Positions 1 through 17,093 of a stretch of DNA of 64,000 nt are shown in pieces; the stretch's first letter is position 1; every line of letters starts with the position of its first letter. The stretch comes from the human T2T-CHM13v2.0 reference genome, Homo sapiens, in the NCBI GenBank assembly GCA_009914755.4, contig CP068257.2, positions 31,040,001-31,104,000 on the forward strand, in the 5' to 3' direction. The position numbers and the translations under genes are program-made. The notes below the pieces were generated by a model. The model ran no database searches and was not told the DNA's origin. It saw only the letters and a list, made by a program, of their open reading frames with translations.

Positions 1-229
1 AGCTACTGACAGGCAGCTTGATGAATAATGGCTCCTTGAGAAAAATACAAGCTGATATTTCTGAAAATGAAATCACTACTAAATGCTTCCCATCTCACTC
101 AGAGTGGAAGCCAAAGTGCTTAAACAATGGTCCACAAGGCCCTCAACAATTTGTCTTGTTTTTCCACCCTCATCTTCCACTCTCCCTGGTGCACTCACTG
201 CTCAGACACTGGCCTTCCTGCTGTTTCAA

Positions 230-600
230 AAACATATGAGGCCTGCTTCCACCACAGGGCCTTTGCACTGGCTGTGCCCACAGCCTGCAACACTCTTCCC
301 GCACATCCTTCAAGTCTTTACTTTCCAATGAGGCCTTCTCTGACCACTTTATTTAAACTGCACTCTGCCCTTAACTTTCCATTATCCCCTCCCTGCTTTA
401 TTTTTCTCTATAGCATTTATCACATTTATAAACTATGTATTTTATTTATTTATCCTGTAACTGTCTCCCCTCATGAGAATGGAAAATCCATGAGGGCAGA
501 CATGTTAGTCTGTTTTCTTTATGGGAATACTCCTAGTAACTAAAAGACTACCTGGTACGCAGTAAGTGCTCAATAAATAATTGTTAAATGAATGAATGTT
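230..600 (+). mobile_element. Ancient mammalian-wide SINE (MIR-like)
   Basis: ..ctccatgagggcagac..cctggtacgcagtaagtgctcaataaataattgttaaatgaatgaatg resembles MIR 3' region; diverged. Confidence 0.55.
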
Positions 601-621
601 CAATACATTTTGAATCCTCAA

Positions 622-646
622 TCTCTCCCGTTTTTTTTTTTTTTGG
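622..646. repeat. Homopolymer (T)25
   Basis: cccgttttttttttttttttttttttttggtc. Confidence 0.9.
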
Positions 647-3600
647 TCTACAACCCATCTTTTCCCTTTCTAAACCACATTCTATCCTGGTTAAATTCTC
701 AGCATAGAACCTTAAAAGCACCTCAACCTAAAAATCTGTACTTCATTGGTAGCTAACCGGTAACAGGAAAAGGACATCAAAACTACTTTCACCTTTTACC
801 ACATGATCTTATTTTATTATGATATTCTCTTATGATACCAAGATATAGCAGTCTTATGAGGAAATGAGAGTGAAAAAGGCGAGTGATGTCTTAGTATTCT
901 TGTAAAGATAATTTTGACCTGTGGAACTGCTGATTTAGATAAGTATATCCCCATTGTTTCCAGGGGCAGATATGCAGATTTCTCACCACCTAGCTGTTTG
1001 CTTTGATTGCTTGTATAGAGGTGTCTGGGTGGTAATGAAAGCAGATTACTTGTCTGGCCTGTTGGTATGGTTAATTCAAAGCTGACTGTACCTAGATAAA
1101 AATAATTCTCTATAATTATGGTTTATCATTGCTCTTAAAAATTGAAGTCACTGCTTGTTACCAATGCGAACATAGCGTCTATAATCCATTCTATATCAAC
1201 ACACAAGTTCTATAATAATTACACGGCTTAAAATATTCAGCAAGACAATGAACTGTGTGAATAAAAACGTACTGCCTCACTGTATGAACTAATAAAGTCA
1301 AGTCAGTTTTTAAATGAAATAAAAAGATAAAAAATAGTCCTAGTTTATTCTTAACTGGTGCCACCTTAATGTGCTTAAAGAAACAGAGAGTCAAAAAAAT
1401 AAAATAAAATAAAAAATTTTAAAAAAGAAATGAGTCTATGCTCAAACAACAGATGTCCATCCCTAAATACCATACTATTTCAGAAAATGGTGTTCATTAT
1501 ATAACTCAAAAATATATCTAGGTGCTCTCTTCCTCTACCCTTCTCGAGAAAATAATCAACAGCTTCTCAAAACATTCAGAACAATAACTAAGCCAAACAA
1601 TTCTTAAGTGATAGCAAATCCTTTTCAACTAAATTTCTGGCAAGAGTTAAGCTTTCATTCCTTTTGCCACAGATTCATGTTTAAAGACAAGATCATAAAC
1701 CTTGCCCAGAGAATGAAGACGTGAGATTCCTAGGAATAAATAGGCAAGAAAAATAATAAATAGTCTTTAGGTCTCACACACTTAACTATTCTTTGTTAGA
1801 AATCTTGGCACTTTTTAAAATTAAAAGATTTCAGATCATATTTTAGTGCAAGTCTATAGTTTTGAAACTATTTCATTCACAATAAGGAAATGCAACAATG
1901 CCTTCTTAAATATTATATGTGAGAAACACTGTTTAGTAGTTGTAAATATCACGGATGGCACTCAGAAATTAATTCAAAGTAGTTACATCTGGATTTTTTT
2001 CCATCAGCCTATTAAGAGTAAGGCATAACACTAATAATATTTGTTCAATGAAATGTAAAAGTGAAATTAAAACTAGCTGAATTATCTTTAACTGGAATTA
2101 AGCAATTGCTACAGGAAGACAAAGAGCACTGCACATTTTCTTCAGAATGAAGTACTTAATTTTCTCAAGCTTGAAATTCTTTTCTCAGATTAAAACAAGA
2201 TATCAATTTATCCTGTTAGGATCTGATGGCAAAATGAGAAAGTTTCCAATTATATGGCTTTATTTGTTTACAATATCGACTTCAGAAAAAATAAGAAAAA
2301 ATTGCTTTTATTTATAGATTGATTTTCTATACTGTACCTGACTGTAATGTCTGCTCAGAAACTATGGATGCAACAAGAAGAAAACAAAGAATCATTAGTA
2401 AAAACAAGTTACAATTAAAATGTTGAGTATAGTGACAAAACATTTTGAGAAGACCTCACTTAAGTCAATTTGATGACTTTATTTTTTTCTGATAGCTATA
2501 GAACACCAAGTGTTACAAATAAACGACAATGATTGATACAAACCTTCTGCACCTAAGAAGAATCCTACAGTGACTCAGTGATATCCACCGTTTCACCATC
2601 AGAAGCTCCTAGGCCTGCGCTTCTGGCTGCTCCTGTGTGTATGTTATGCATGCATGCGCACATGTTTGAGAATATTATGAATATAAATATGAAAACCTAA
2701 GAAGATGGAGGATGTTGAAGATATGGAAGATACTGCCCTAATACACACCTTTTAGTATTCTTTCTGGGACTTAGCAGTTGATAAGTATAATCACTTCAGC
2801 TATAACAAGAAAAATGCATTCTAAAAACATCACCATGCTATGCAAATTTTGCAAATTCCCACAGCCACAGGGCTTATGGGAAAAATGGGGTTGGGGTACC
2901 ACGTTCAAAAACTTCAACAATGACACATCAAAAAAGATGGGAACCTCATAAAAATAGTAGCAAGACATTATACATGTTAAATGGTTATGAAATGCATGAA
3001 TATAACCATTAATAAGGCACTTCATCTTGAATGAAGTTGGCTTGTAGAAATGGGCATCAGGCAGAGTGCAGCTTGTAATATGAATAATGGAGAAAGGGAT
3101 ATCTGAAATTCAATGAAAAGTTGAAAGAACAGATGTGAATGTGTATGGCTCATAACACACATAGTGAACTGAGGCAGGGGAAGATGTTTGAGGTGTGTGT
3201 GCATATGTGTATGTGTGTTTTATATGTTGTACATATTTCTAGCCATCTTAGTTCTGCTGGGTGCACTTTTCTGCATTTACCTAGTGTTGCTTCCCAGCAA
3301 AATCATGCATAAGCTCATGCAAAATTGGCCTTATGCTCAAACAGTTCCCTAATATATCATATTGGAACAAATTCCCATTCTCAGAACAAGCGTTACAGCA
3401 GAACTGACTGTACTTTTTTTTAAAGGTATGATTTTACTTATAGTAAAATGCGCAGGAAACTAAAAACACTAATGCTGAAGTTTGAGGATTACATAGGTCC
3501 CTTGTTTCTCCTCTTCTTTCCTTCAACCACTTACTTTCAATTGTTGCTTATTAATGCCTCCACATCAATGTAGGCACAGGTGGAAAGAGGTGACAAAACA

Positions 3601-4612
3601 CAAATCAGTCAAGTCTCTACTTTTGGAAGCCAGGAAGAAAGCCTGAAGTTGAAAGTAGTAGCTAAGATCAGACATTTTTTGGAGTTTTAGTAGGTCTAAG
3701 TTCCCTAGCCCACTTACAGGTCCCTGAGGAACTGTCCGTAATTAACTACCTTTAGGCACCATGCAAATTCTAAAATAATCCATAACTTATTTGACCAAGT
3801 AATTACCCAAGAATACATTACTTGATGCAGAAACAATTTTCTCCCACTTGAACAGGGAACATTAAAAAGTTTGGTTTAGGGCTAACAGAAAAAAAATTTC
3901 TTTTTCAGAGTGCTAAAAAGTTAAAATGGAAAAAATTTATTTTGTCAATTATACCTCAATACATTTTAGAGAAAGAAAAAGTAAGTCTAATCTATTAAAT
4001 TCTACAATGAATGTTGAGTTTTCCCGTCATGCTACTTTTATGTGCTCACTGATAGGAGAAGTTTTTTTTTAAAAGACACAGTGGAAGGTGAAAACCTATT
4101 CTGAAGGTCATATATTTATTTCAAATATTAAAATTGGTAATAGCAGTTAGTGCCCAATAATTAGCACTACTTTAAATTATTAATATGATTTAATGCTTAT
4201 TCAAACAATAGCAATTAAAAGTTAAGACCAAGTTACAGAAACTTTTGGGATAGTGATTTAAAAAATAACCAATATAGGCATTAGTTTTCCCAGTAAAGCA
4301 TTTTTCTGCATAATTAGATTATTAAATGCTGTATTACAAGTACTAGCTGAATATTCTATGAAATACTGCCTTGTACAAAGTTAACAATGCTTAATTATTT
4401 ACCCCTCAATCATAATCTATAGAAGAAACCATGCAAGGGCCTCAGTTTACAGCTTAGTAATACCACTGATTGTACAAATATTTTAAAACAGACAAACTTC
4501 CCTTGGAGAATGTACTTTTCAAAAATTACCTTTACAGAAATCCCTTCAAAAACTATTTTAACCAACTAAAAATTCTGTGTAAATAAGTTTACATTTACCT
4601 CTTGGACCTTTA

Positions 4613-4819
<207 letters not shown>

Positions 4820-6623
4820 TTAAGAAAGGAGCGCAGATTTTCATTTTAAATATTACTGATTTTACTCATTAGGTTTTTTGAAATTTTAAATCAGTTTTAT
4901 ATGATTTTAGTATAAAAAAGGACCTAATCGTTCTATTTTGAATATATAGTCATGACAATTAAAATGCCTCCAACATGTCACTGTTTCCTTTCTTCTTTTG
5001 GATTAAAGCTCTGCACAAAGAAATGAAAAAGCTCAGTGCTACAACCTCATCCAGTAATTACATCTAGGGCAACAAATGTTTAAAATTGCTTATTACAAAG
5101 GAAATAAACTGAAGTGAACTTATTTAAAACAAGAAAATTCCTTCTTACAAGGTAATTTGTAAACTTGGGGATAAAATGGGTAAGGAGAAATGGGAGATAA
5201 AAGAAGATACACTGAGCTTAACTGCCCCTAGAAAAACTTCAAATTACTTTGGTAGTAGAAAAAGAAAATGGAAATTGCTCCCAAATAGCTTACATGAGTT
5301 AAAATTAAAACTAAACCTAAGAATGAAGGTCTAGTCTCAAAAGAAATTTACAAGTACAGTTCATAAACGAATATTACATGTAAACTACAGTTTGTATATT
5401 TTGAGTCATTTTATTGCCCATGCAAAAATACATCATAAGATAATAAACTTATTCCTATAGTGAGATTTGATTATAACTTTTAATGAATATATATTTTACT
5501 TAGGCATGTTAGTTACCATAATGATTTATTTTGATCTTACAGATTTTGATGATTGTCAAAACAAAAAACTTGCGTCTTTTAGGAAATAACTTCAGTTTGC
5601 AATATGTAATTTTTATTCTTTAAAGAAATAACAGTAACTCAAGGCTTCTTTTTAGAATAAAGAGCCAATTTTCTTAAATGCCACTAAATGAAGAACCAGT
5701 TTTCTTCAATGCCATTAAATGAATGCTACTATATTTAATAAGCAATTAATGTTTGGCATTAAGTGTTATTTCTTTCTATATAATAGCATATGCAAATGAC
5801 ATTATTTGAAAAGACACTCACCATTCACATTATCAGGCAATTAATCAAAAGGAACCCAGAGAAAAGGAAAAGAAAGAGCAGTTCAGATGTTAGATTTTAG
5901 TTCAATTCAGGCTAGCATATTTAATGTATAAAATTTTATATCTATATATTATGTTAAAGATAAAAGACCACTGAAAATATATGTAACCTCTGTACATATA
6001 TTGTAGTCACTGCAGAAATGAAAAGGTAGAAGTATATAAAAGAATATTTTAAGCAATAGTTTGAGAATCAGCTTTTAATAGCAAGAATTATGTTGTTTAA
6101 AAGGAATAAATCAAAGTTTAACAATTTGATGTTTACAAAAATAGGGACCACTTAAGAAGTAAATATTTGTAAAAGTCAATACAAATTATTTCTATGAGTT
6201 GAACAAAAGAAACTTTGCAGGTAAGGCCAATACCTCTGGGCAGAGGCATGGCATATTATGAGACACAGAAGAGGAAGACTTGGAAATTAAAAGAAGACTT
6301 GGAGACCATGAATGGTCTTTAAAGAATTTCAGTTGCTGTATGGAAGAAGCTGAATGAGAACTATAAAAGTGATAAATGTTCTCATTTCTATTCTTGAAAT
6401 AATTTGAGAAATTGTGGAGATTTAGAAAGTTGATAAATTCAAGTGAGGCCAGGATCCTTAAAAAGTTAAACAATATTTAAGAATATAAAATAATGAAAAC
6501 TATCTCAAGTATTGTTCCAAACTCCCTCAGTAAGGGACAAATACTTGAGAAGAAAGTAGTCTGTAGATAATACCAGGAAATAAAAAGTAATGATGAAACA
6601 GACAATTATAATTAAGTCCATTC

Positions 6624-6974
<351 letters not shown>

Positions 6975-7483
6975 TAAGTAAAGATCAATTATGCCCTAAT
7001 CTTGGGTTCCTAGTAAGCACTGCATAAGCTGTTGATGGACTTACTTGTCCAAGTGGCATACGTCACACATCTATTAACAGTAGGCACTGTGTTAAGTGCA
7101 GGGAACGCAAAGCCAAATAAGAGAGAACCCTTTATTAAGAGGTCTATGGTTTTAAAAATCATATTTGTAATCAAAACAAACAATACAAAAAGTAAAACAG
7201 ATATACAAGGGAAATCATGAAAAAAAGAGCAATATATATCATCTTAGTGGATTGTCACTAAATGACTAGATACGTTATATATACATACTTCCCAAACTTA
7301 GGGAAATACCTATCTTCCATTTATTCACTAGTATCCACTGTGAAAGGAAGTATCAAAGAAGGCATAAAAGCACATTAAACAGAATTCTAAGACACATCTA
7401 TTAATTTAAACCATCTATTAACTTTTAAAAGGCCATTTAAAAGCTTTATGAAGAGAGGAAAAAGAGGATATTCTGTAATGTTA

Positions 7484-7654
<171 letters not shown>

Positions 7655-9384
7655 CTAAAAAAGCAAACAAGAAATTTTTATAAGTACATTAATATATTAA
7701 TTGTAATATGGCTTTTAAGAACTACCAGAATCAAACCAAAAATTTATCATTATAGCACTATTTGGGACTAGCTTCTGAAAACATAACAGTTTACTAGGCT
7801 GAGTTATTTCCCATCATTTCAATTTTTAAAACAAATACTGTATCAATGGAAACTACAAGTATTGATAAGGACTTCTTTCTGGTTAAATGATAAAATTTAT
7901 CTTATTAAAGTATCCCTATAAATCAGAGTTGTTTACCTTGCCCACCTAAAAGAATTCATCAATCAACAGCCTGCATTAGAATAAAAAAAAGTTTACTTAG
8001 TCCTAAACATAAATAACTAGGTCTCTTTAACTTTTGGATTTGGCTTTATAAGTTTAAGTAATTAAGGTAAAAAAAATGAAAAAAAGGAGTTGCTCTTAAA
8101 TTGTCACAAAATAAAGAAAATAAGTAAAACTTCTGAATGAAGTCATGACAGCTTTTTATGCATAAAATCCACATCGGTAATATATATAAGGGAAGAACTA
8201 GGGGGAAGAGCATGCAAGAAATTCAAGGACCTCTCGGCTTCCACAAGTCCTTATCACATATAACAATAAAAGTGTTCCAAAAAGTTATTGATCTTTATAT
8301 GCAAGAATTCTAGCCTATAAATCTGACAGAGTCAATGTTCGATCTTTATCCAATCTGTGTATTTGGAATCTAGTCATATTCTATGCCTTGCATTTTAACT
8401 TAACTCTTTCCAATTTACGTTTTATTTTATCATGTAAGTATGGTGATCATCCATAATTATAGAAGAACCAAAAGCTAAAATAAGATTAAAAAAACCTTAA
8501 ACTGGGTTCATTTAATTACCTAGAGACTTACACCAGAGCTGTTCTTTGCTAGCATGGAGAATAAAACAAAATGAGCCCCAGGGCCTCCTTTATCATTTAA
8601 ATCTTTCTTCAAGGAACTGGGCAAAACTGATCTTATTCCTCTACTAGTTTGGCTTTGTCTATCTTGGTGTCAAACTTTGTAACCTGTCAACCAATTGCTA
8701 TCCTAGGGAGTTTTCTAATTCCTAACTATCAACAGTGGAGAATCAGCTAAGTCAGATCCTGAAAACTAACATCTGTTATAATTTTGATGAAGAGGTCCAA
8801 GTACTTCAATAAGCTTATTATCAGAATCCATGTACATTTATTCAGCCACTTAAAACTTGAAACAAATCCAAGGCATGTGATAAACTCTTATCTAAATGAC
8901 CAACATGCTTGCTTTCATTTTCTTGTTTCTGTCAAATTTTCTAAATAAATTACAAATAAACATCAAAAACATACTCAAAAAATCCAAACAGTAAAATTTA
9001 TTTAGTTACATGAAAAATATATTCTGTAGTAGAGAATTTTATACACTGTACTTTCATTTTTGAGATAAAGAACCTCAGCTGCAAAGTAACTAATTAACCA
9101 ATACTCAGGTCAAATTTAAGATCATTAACTAAAGGAAATAAGAACATGTAACTTCCTATTGCTGTTTTTTTATAGTATTTGAGAACTATGTTAAGTTCTG
9201 ATGGAACTAAACGAAGTTTAGCCACAGCCTTATAACCTTAACTTGCAGAGGAGGGAAGACTTAGAAAGCTCAGCATTGCTAAATAGTTTGTCAAAGAGTT
9301 GAGACTATGTTTATCTTAGGCTGAATCTGATGGATAAGTAGTAAAGAAAAAAAAAAAAGAAAAAACGTTGCAAACAGCGACCTT

Positions 9385-9605
9385 ATCAGAGAAGTTGAAT
9401 TGCATTCATTTTCATTCTCACTAACTATGGCATTTTCATCTGATCCTGTTTTTTTATAGCTACTAATTTGAAAACACCAAACAAACTGGATTGGTATCAG
9501 AGAAGTTGAATTGCATTCATTTTCATTCTCACTAACTATGGCATTTTCATCTGATCCTGTTTTTTTATAGCTACTAATTTGAAAACACCAAACAAACTGG
9601 ATTGG
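9385..9605. repeat. Perfect tandem duplication, 2 x 110 bp, in SYNJ1 intron 10
   Basis: ATCAGAGAAGTTGAATTGCATTCATTTTCATTCTCACTAACTATGGCATTTTCATCTGATCCTGTTTTTTTATAGCTACTAATTTGAAAACACCAAACAAACTGGATTGG occurs twice head-to-tail. Confidence 0.9.
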
Positions 9606-10034
9606 GTTACAAATTGTCAAAAATATAGTCCTATATAATTGTACATATGAAAATAGACCCTTCTTATCCTAAAATAGATTTTTAAAAGACAACACAGAGA
9701 ATAAAAGGCCAAATACACACATACACCCACACCCACACATATATATTTCCTCCAAAAGACAGGGAAAAAATTGTTGAAATACTATAAACAGCAGATTTTA
9801 AAAGGGAGAATAAGGAACAACAGAAGTAGATAGAGAGCTACCTAAAGAGAATATGAAGATCAGGTAAAGGAAATATTTAAATCAAAAGAAAGTTTGGCCA
9901 AAAAAAGAGACAGAGATTAGAAGTACAAAATGAAGCATAACATTACATACACTTTCTGGAAGGTAATAAGAAACATAAGTATTCAAAAAGCACTTAAAGA
10001 GGCAGATGATACAAGGCACATACATTTTAATTTA

Positions 10035-10199
<165 letters not shown>

Positions 10200-10903
10200 T
10201 TAAAATGTAGCATCCACCTTCCCTCTCCAACTTTTTATTATTACAGTATTCAAATATACAAAAAAAATTATACTGTGAACATCCATATACCCACCATTTA
10301 AATTTGACAACTGTTAACATTTTGTCACATATGCTTCATTACATTATCTATCACACACTTATTTTTAATTAGGCCAACAATTAGAAACTAAATATACATT
10401 CAGGTTTATGCTCTTACAGTTCTTTGCACATAAAATAAAAATATTTATAGAACAAAATTTTTTTAAACCTAAGATCTGTTATCTCTAATGACTGTGTCTA
10501 CAGCATTGATGCTAAATAAAATACAAATTGAAAAATTAAAAATTTGAGCTTTCTGCACTAAAGTTTCCCTTAACCTATATTCTGAACTTAACTCTCTTAA
10601 CATTTACTTTTCTCCTCTATTTCACATACAAAAACTGAATATTTAAATTATACTAAAGCAGACAGTAAACAAAGCCTTTCACTTCTATTTGCATTTAATA
10701 ATCTTTACTGGCATCAAGAAATATTAAAACGTAAGTTTTAAAAGAGAAGCAAAACAGTTTCATATATAACAGCATGAAGTATGGAGCCAGACGAATCCCA
10801 GTTCTAACACTTGCTAATTATGAGACTTGCAGCAGATGGAAATGGGCATAATAATAGAGTCTATCCCTATAATTGTTATTGATACATGTTAAGACTTAAG
10901 TAC

Positions 10904-11208
<305 letters not shown>

Positions 11209-11310
11209 TTAAGTACACTGCCTGCTCCATAAAATGCGCTCACTAATGTAACCTCTCATTATTATTTGGTGAATTCTAAAGAAAGAAAAACAAGTTTAAA
11301 ATCAAGTATA

Positions 11311-11680
<370 letters not shown>

Positions 11681-11714
11681 TTAAGAGTTCAACGTTAAGA
11701 ATAATTTTTAATTA

Positions 11715-12026
<312 letters not shown>

Positions 12027-12930
12027 CTAAAGCCTCAAAAACTATCCCTGAGAGATACGGTGACACAATTAACATCAGTGTACTTAAATAATATTCTCAT
12101 CTGGCTTAGGAAATAAAAAATTATTTCCAATTGCCAGCATTTTATTTTTACAACACAAACTTACTATTTAGACCTATTATAGAATCTCAAAGTCATCTAA
12201 GACAAAGCCTATCAAAGACTGAAAGATTCATATTTTATAACTTCATTCAATACATACAAATATTCTTAAATTTTACCATAAAGTCACTCTGTAAAGTATA
12301 ATCTGTTTATTAACAATATTTATTTCACCAGATTAAAAAAATAGCTATAAAATCAGGATGCTTTTGGACTTAGGAGATTGAACTTTAGAAAATGTTTTCT
12401 AACAATCTTGTTTAAGTTTATAATCTTATGTAACAACATAATTTATATTAATTCATTATTAATTCAATAAGTGTTCATTAAAATATTTTTTCTTTAGAAG
12501 TCAGGCAATTTTGGGGTTCTTTTTGACATGAAATTCTCAAGTTTTCTCTCATCAGTACAAGAAGGTATAGCGTTGCATGTATATAAATGCATCATTCACA
12601 ATTCCATAGGTGAAAAACAATGACTATGGTTCTAGGAAGCAGGCAAAGCAATCAACAGATGAAGAAGGAAACTGCTATTTCTCTACTAGTGATAGATAAA
12701 CATTTTTGGCAAGGAGGGTATTTTTCTGTTTCTCTACAAAATAAAAAAGCAGATTAGAAAACAGTGTCATTTGCATTGAAAGCTTTTTAGAATCCCAATT
12801 TCAGCAACATTAGCCTAAATTGTTTCTTAATAGACCCAAAGAGTTCAAGTTTCCAACAAGTACCCAACCTTTTTCTTGGAAGTAATTTACTTCCTGGAAG
12901 AATTTGATTACTGTATTATTTTATTTTTTA

Positions 12931-13134
<204 letters not shown>

Positions 13135-13704
13135 TCAATAAACAATAATCCATTATTAAATATAACTTACATGGCAGTATTTTAAACACAGAATTGGAAA
13201 ACTGGGTGCGAATTCATTGTACATGGTCTCAAAGCCGAATTTACGAAAACTCATGAATGCAACTTCCTCTCTGACTTATGGGTACTGAGACTTCCACCCC
13301 TGTTGGAGCTGTGGAGGCATCCAGCTTCTGCCCACTCTGTGAGGCTGGCACCAGACAAGACAGACACCAGCCATAAGCTTGACTGGAAAGGCAGTAAGGG
13401 CAGATGGCAAAGGGCTGCTGCTCACATGTGAGGACATCACCTACTCCGTTGAGTATTCAGAGGGACCTCCTTACTAGCTCCAGTCTTCAGAAAAATGGGC
13501 CCCAAATACGAGTCTTTTCTCTTTCCAGCTTCTAACCATTCCAGAAACTATGTAGAGCAATGCCACACAAAGAAATGTAACATAAACCACACCTATAATG
13601 TTAAATTTTCAAGAAGGTGCATTTATAAACATGAAATTAATTATACTTTCTTTAACTCAACATGTCTAAAATATCATTTCAACATGTAATCAATATAAAA
13701 CAAC

Positions 13705-13935
13705 TACAGTTAACCTTTCAACAACACAGGTTTGAACTGTGCAAGTCCACTTATATATGGATTTTTTTCAACCAAAGAAGAATCAAAACTACAGTATTCC
13801 TGGCATGCAAAACCCATGAATATGAATGATGACTTTTCATAAGCATGGGTTCCACATGGCCGACTGTGGGACTTGAGTATGCACAGATTTTGGTATGTGA
13901 GGGTAGAACCAATACTCTGAGTATACCGAACATGA
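13705..13935. mobile_element. Tigger1-family DNA transposon fossil (internally deleted, CpG-decayed)
   Basis: CAGTTAACCTTTCAACAACACAGGTTTGAACTGTGCAAGTCCACTTATATATGGATTTTTTT ... GGGACTTGAGTATGCACAGATTTTGGTATGTGAGGGTAGAACCAATACTCTGAGTATACCGAAC resembles Tigger1 terminal regions. Confidence 0.5.
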
Positions 13936-14312
13936 TTTTACTAATGAGATACCTTACATTCTTTTTTATTTTTTAAGGCAGTCTTTGAAATCTAGTGTGC
14001 ATTTTATACTTGCAGCACATCTCAACTGAGACTAGTCACATTTCAAGTGCCCAGTAGCTACATGTGGCTAGTGGCTGCTATACTGGACAATGCGCCCACA
14101 GAGGAAGTTTTAAGGTCAAGAGATCAAGACCCACACTTCCAGCACTACCACCCCCAGAAGTCGTAACACTAGGTGTCACTGTCTTTCAATTAAATTAGGA
14201 GTCAGAGGAATTTTATTTAAAGCCAAAAAAGTTTGAAGTGAATCAGTAAATACAAGCAGTCCCACTGCTTAGCAATATCAAAACTTAAAGCACTATGTAA
14301 AAATTGTCTTAC

Positions 14313-14374
14313 CTGTCAAAAGCAGGTGCATTGGCTTCAAATCCCCTTGACATACGGACACGATGAGATCCCAC
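14313..14374 (-). CDS. SYNJ1: SYNJ1 exon 7 (VGSHRVRMSRGFEANAPAFD R), 62 nt small exon
   Basis: acceptor ttcttgtctaag|GTGGGATCT, donor TTTGACAG|gtaagacaat. Confidence 0.9.
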
Positions 14375-15294
14375 CTTAGACAAGAAAAATATATTTAATC
14401 AAACCAAAAACCAACATATAGACGAAAGAAATATCACTGCTTACAATATCTAACAATTTCTTTGCTGAACACACAGTCGTTAATCAAATAACTGATTTCC
14501 ATTCATGATATGCTTTTAAAAAAACAAGTTCCAGGGAATTTCCACCCTCCACCTTTATTTTTAAAAAACCAACCTCATCAAAAAAAGAAGTTACATCATT
14601 ATGAAATACTCGTAAACTAGTAGGAATTTTTATTGATGAAAACTATTTTTAAAGGTGTTTTCATATATGGTACTTTGTTTTAAGTTCAAACTACATGCCC
14701 TGTGTAACAGATACTATTACCATTTGGGTAATTAAAAAAACCAAAATACCAACAGGTAAAATAACTTGCTATCTGAGATCAACATAACCAATTCCAAAAG
14801 AGATTCAGATGAGACTTTATGTCTCTGACCTAAATTCCTACTCCTCCAAGCTGCCTACCAATACAAATGTCTATGTGTTTTCTTCTCTACTATGTTGAAT
14901 ATTCTATTCACACCAAAGTTCCACCAAATTGAGAATATCATTCCTTCCTGGAAAAGCAGACTTTCCAAGTCAACCTTGCCATCACCCAATTATAGTATTT
15001 GCACATTTTGCAGAATCAGGAATTTTGGGTTAAGCAAATTAAACAAGATGGAAAATATCTACCTATTGTATATTGTTATAATTTTTCTTTTCTTACACAG
15101 GAGAATAGCAGAGAGATGAGGCATAATTGAGAAAGATATAACATGCCAAGAAGAAATATATAGGTGAGACCAGATTATTTCCCTGAACTTCAATTTAAAC
15201 ATTTCTCTCTGAGACGTTGGAATGAAGGTTGCCCAATCACAACAAGGATCACTGAGGGGGGGCAAAAAAGTTGCCCAAAATTCATTCTTGCTAA

Positions 15295-15601
<307 letters not shown>

Positions 15602-16220
15602 CAAAGTGCTTTTAAAGAGGGTGTAAAAGGGGGGTTGTCAAATCAGTCATGTAATTGGACAAGTAAAACCAGAAAATAAACTCTAATATGCTCATCCAAT
15701 TCCAAAACTGAATTAACAGTACAGTATTATCATTCATTAAGCATTATCCCTCACTGCACTAAGTCAGATAATCTAATGAGTATTCTGATAACCAGGGGAT
15801 TCTCTCTTTAATTTTTAAATAAGAAATCAATTAGCCTAATGTCACATCTGTGTTCAATTTCATTTTATGGTACTTAATAATATTCATAAAAGTTTAAAAT
15901 TTGAAAGACGTATGTCCCAGGACATTAAGCATTTTAGACTGCAGAAAACTCACAAGTTGATACTTTTTCTTTGGAGTAATCCCAGATTAATTGCCTATCA
16001 CTCCATACAAGTTCAAAACTTAGCATTTTTGTTTACTGATTAACATTTATTTTGCATAGTACTGCAACGGTGCATAAGGTGAAAAAAATCCAGTTTTCAT
16101 GTCTTCCAGGTAATGCCTATGGTTGTTTTCCACCACTCTGTTCCCCAACACATATATACATTCAGCTATGTATCACAGCTCTCATAGCAATATACTGGCT
16201 AGACTAGATTAGATTTCTGT

Positions 16221-16478
16221 TTTTGTGTTATTAGAGACAGGGTCTCACTCTGTAACCATGCTGGAATGCAGTGGTGCAACCATAGCTCACTGCAGCCTCG
16301 ACCTCCTGGGCTCAAGGGATCCTCCCACCTCAGCCTGCTGAGTAGCTGAGACTACAGGCACATGTCACCATGCCTGAATGATTTTTATTTTTTTATTTTT
16401 TTGTAGAAATATGGGTCTATGTTGCCCAGGATGGTCTTGAACTCCTGGTCTCAAGTAATCCTCCCATCATGGCCTCCT
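16221..16478 (-). mobile_element. Alu SINE (AluJ-like, older)
   Basis: AGAGACAGGGTCTCACTCTGTAACCATGCTGGAATGCAGTGGTGCAACCATAGCTCACTGCAGCCTCGACCTCCTGGGCTCAAGGGATCCTCCCACCTCAGCCTGC... Confidence 0.85.
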
Positions 16479-16614
16479 AGACTAGGTTTTATTACTCAAT
16501 GTTGAAAGAAAAGTTTTACAATAACAGAGCTATTGCCAATCGTGATAAAAGTAGCACTCCAGAAAGTGTTAAGGCTTTAAATAACCATAACTTTACCCAA
16601 TTAAAAAAAAGTTG

Positions 16615-16948
<334 letters not shown>

Positions 16949-17093
16949 TTAAAGGTATTTTTAAAAATCATTTAATTGTGTGGTATGGTATATCATTTTC
17001 CATCAATATTACTTCTTTACCTTCACATATTTCTGAAATTTCAACCAAAAATTGGGGGTAGACCTTACAATGTTTACCATTTTTTGACTGATT

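Noticed and set aside
960-1100. 46-codon open minus-strand frame (TVSFELTIPTGQTSNLLSLPPRHLYTSNQSKQLGGEKSAYLPLETM) considered as the next SYNJ1 exon after exon 12
   Set aside because: It does not match the expected continuation (..[26 protein letters not shown]..) and lacks convincing splice sites. The next exon is probably beyond the window start.
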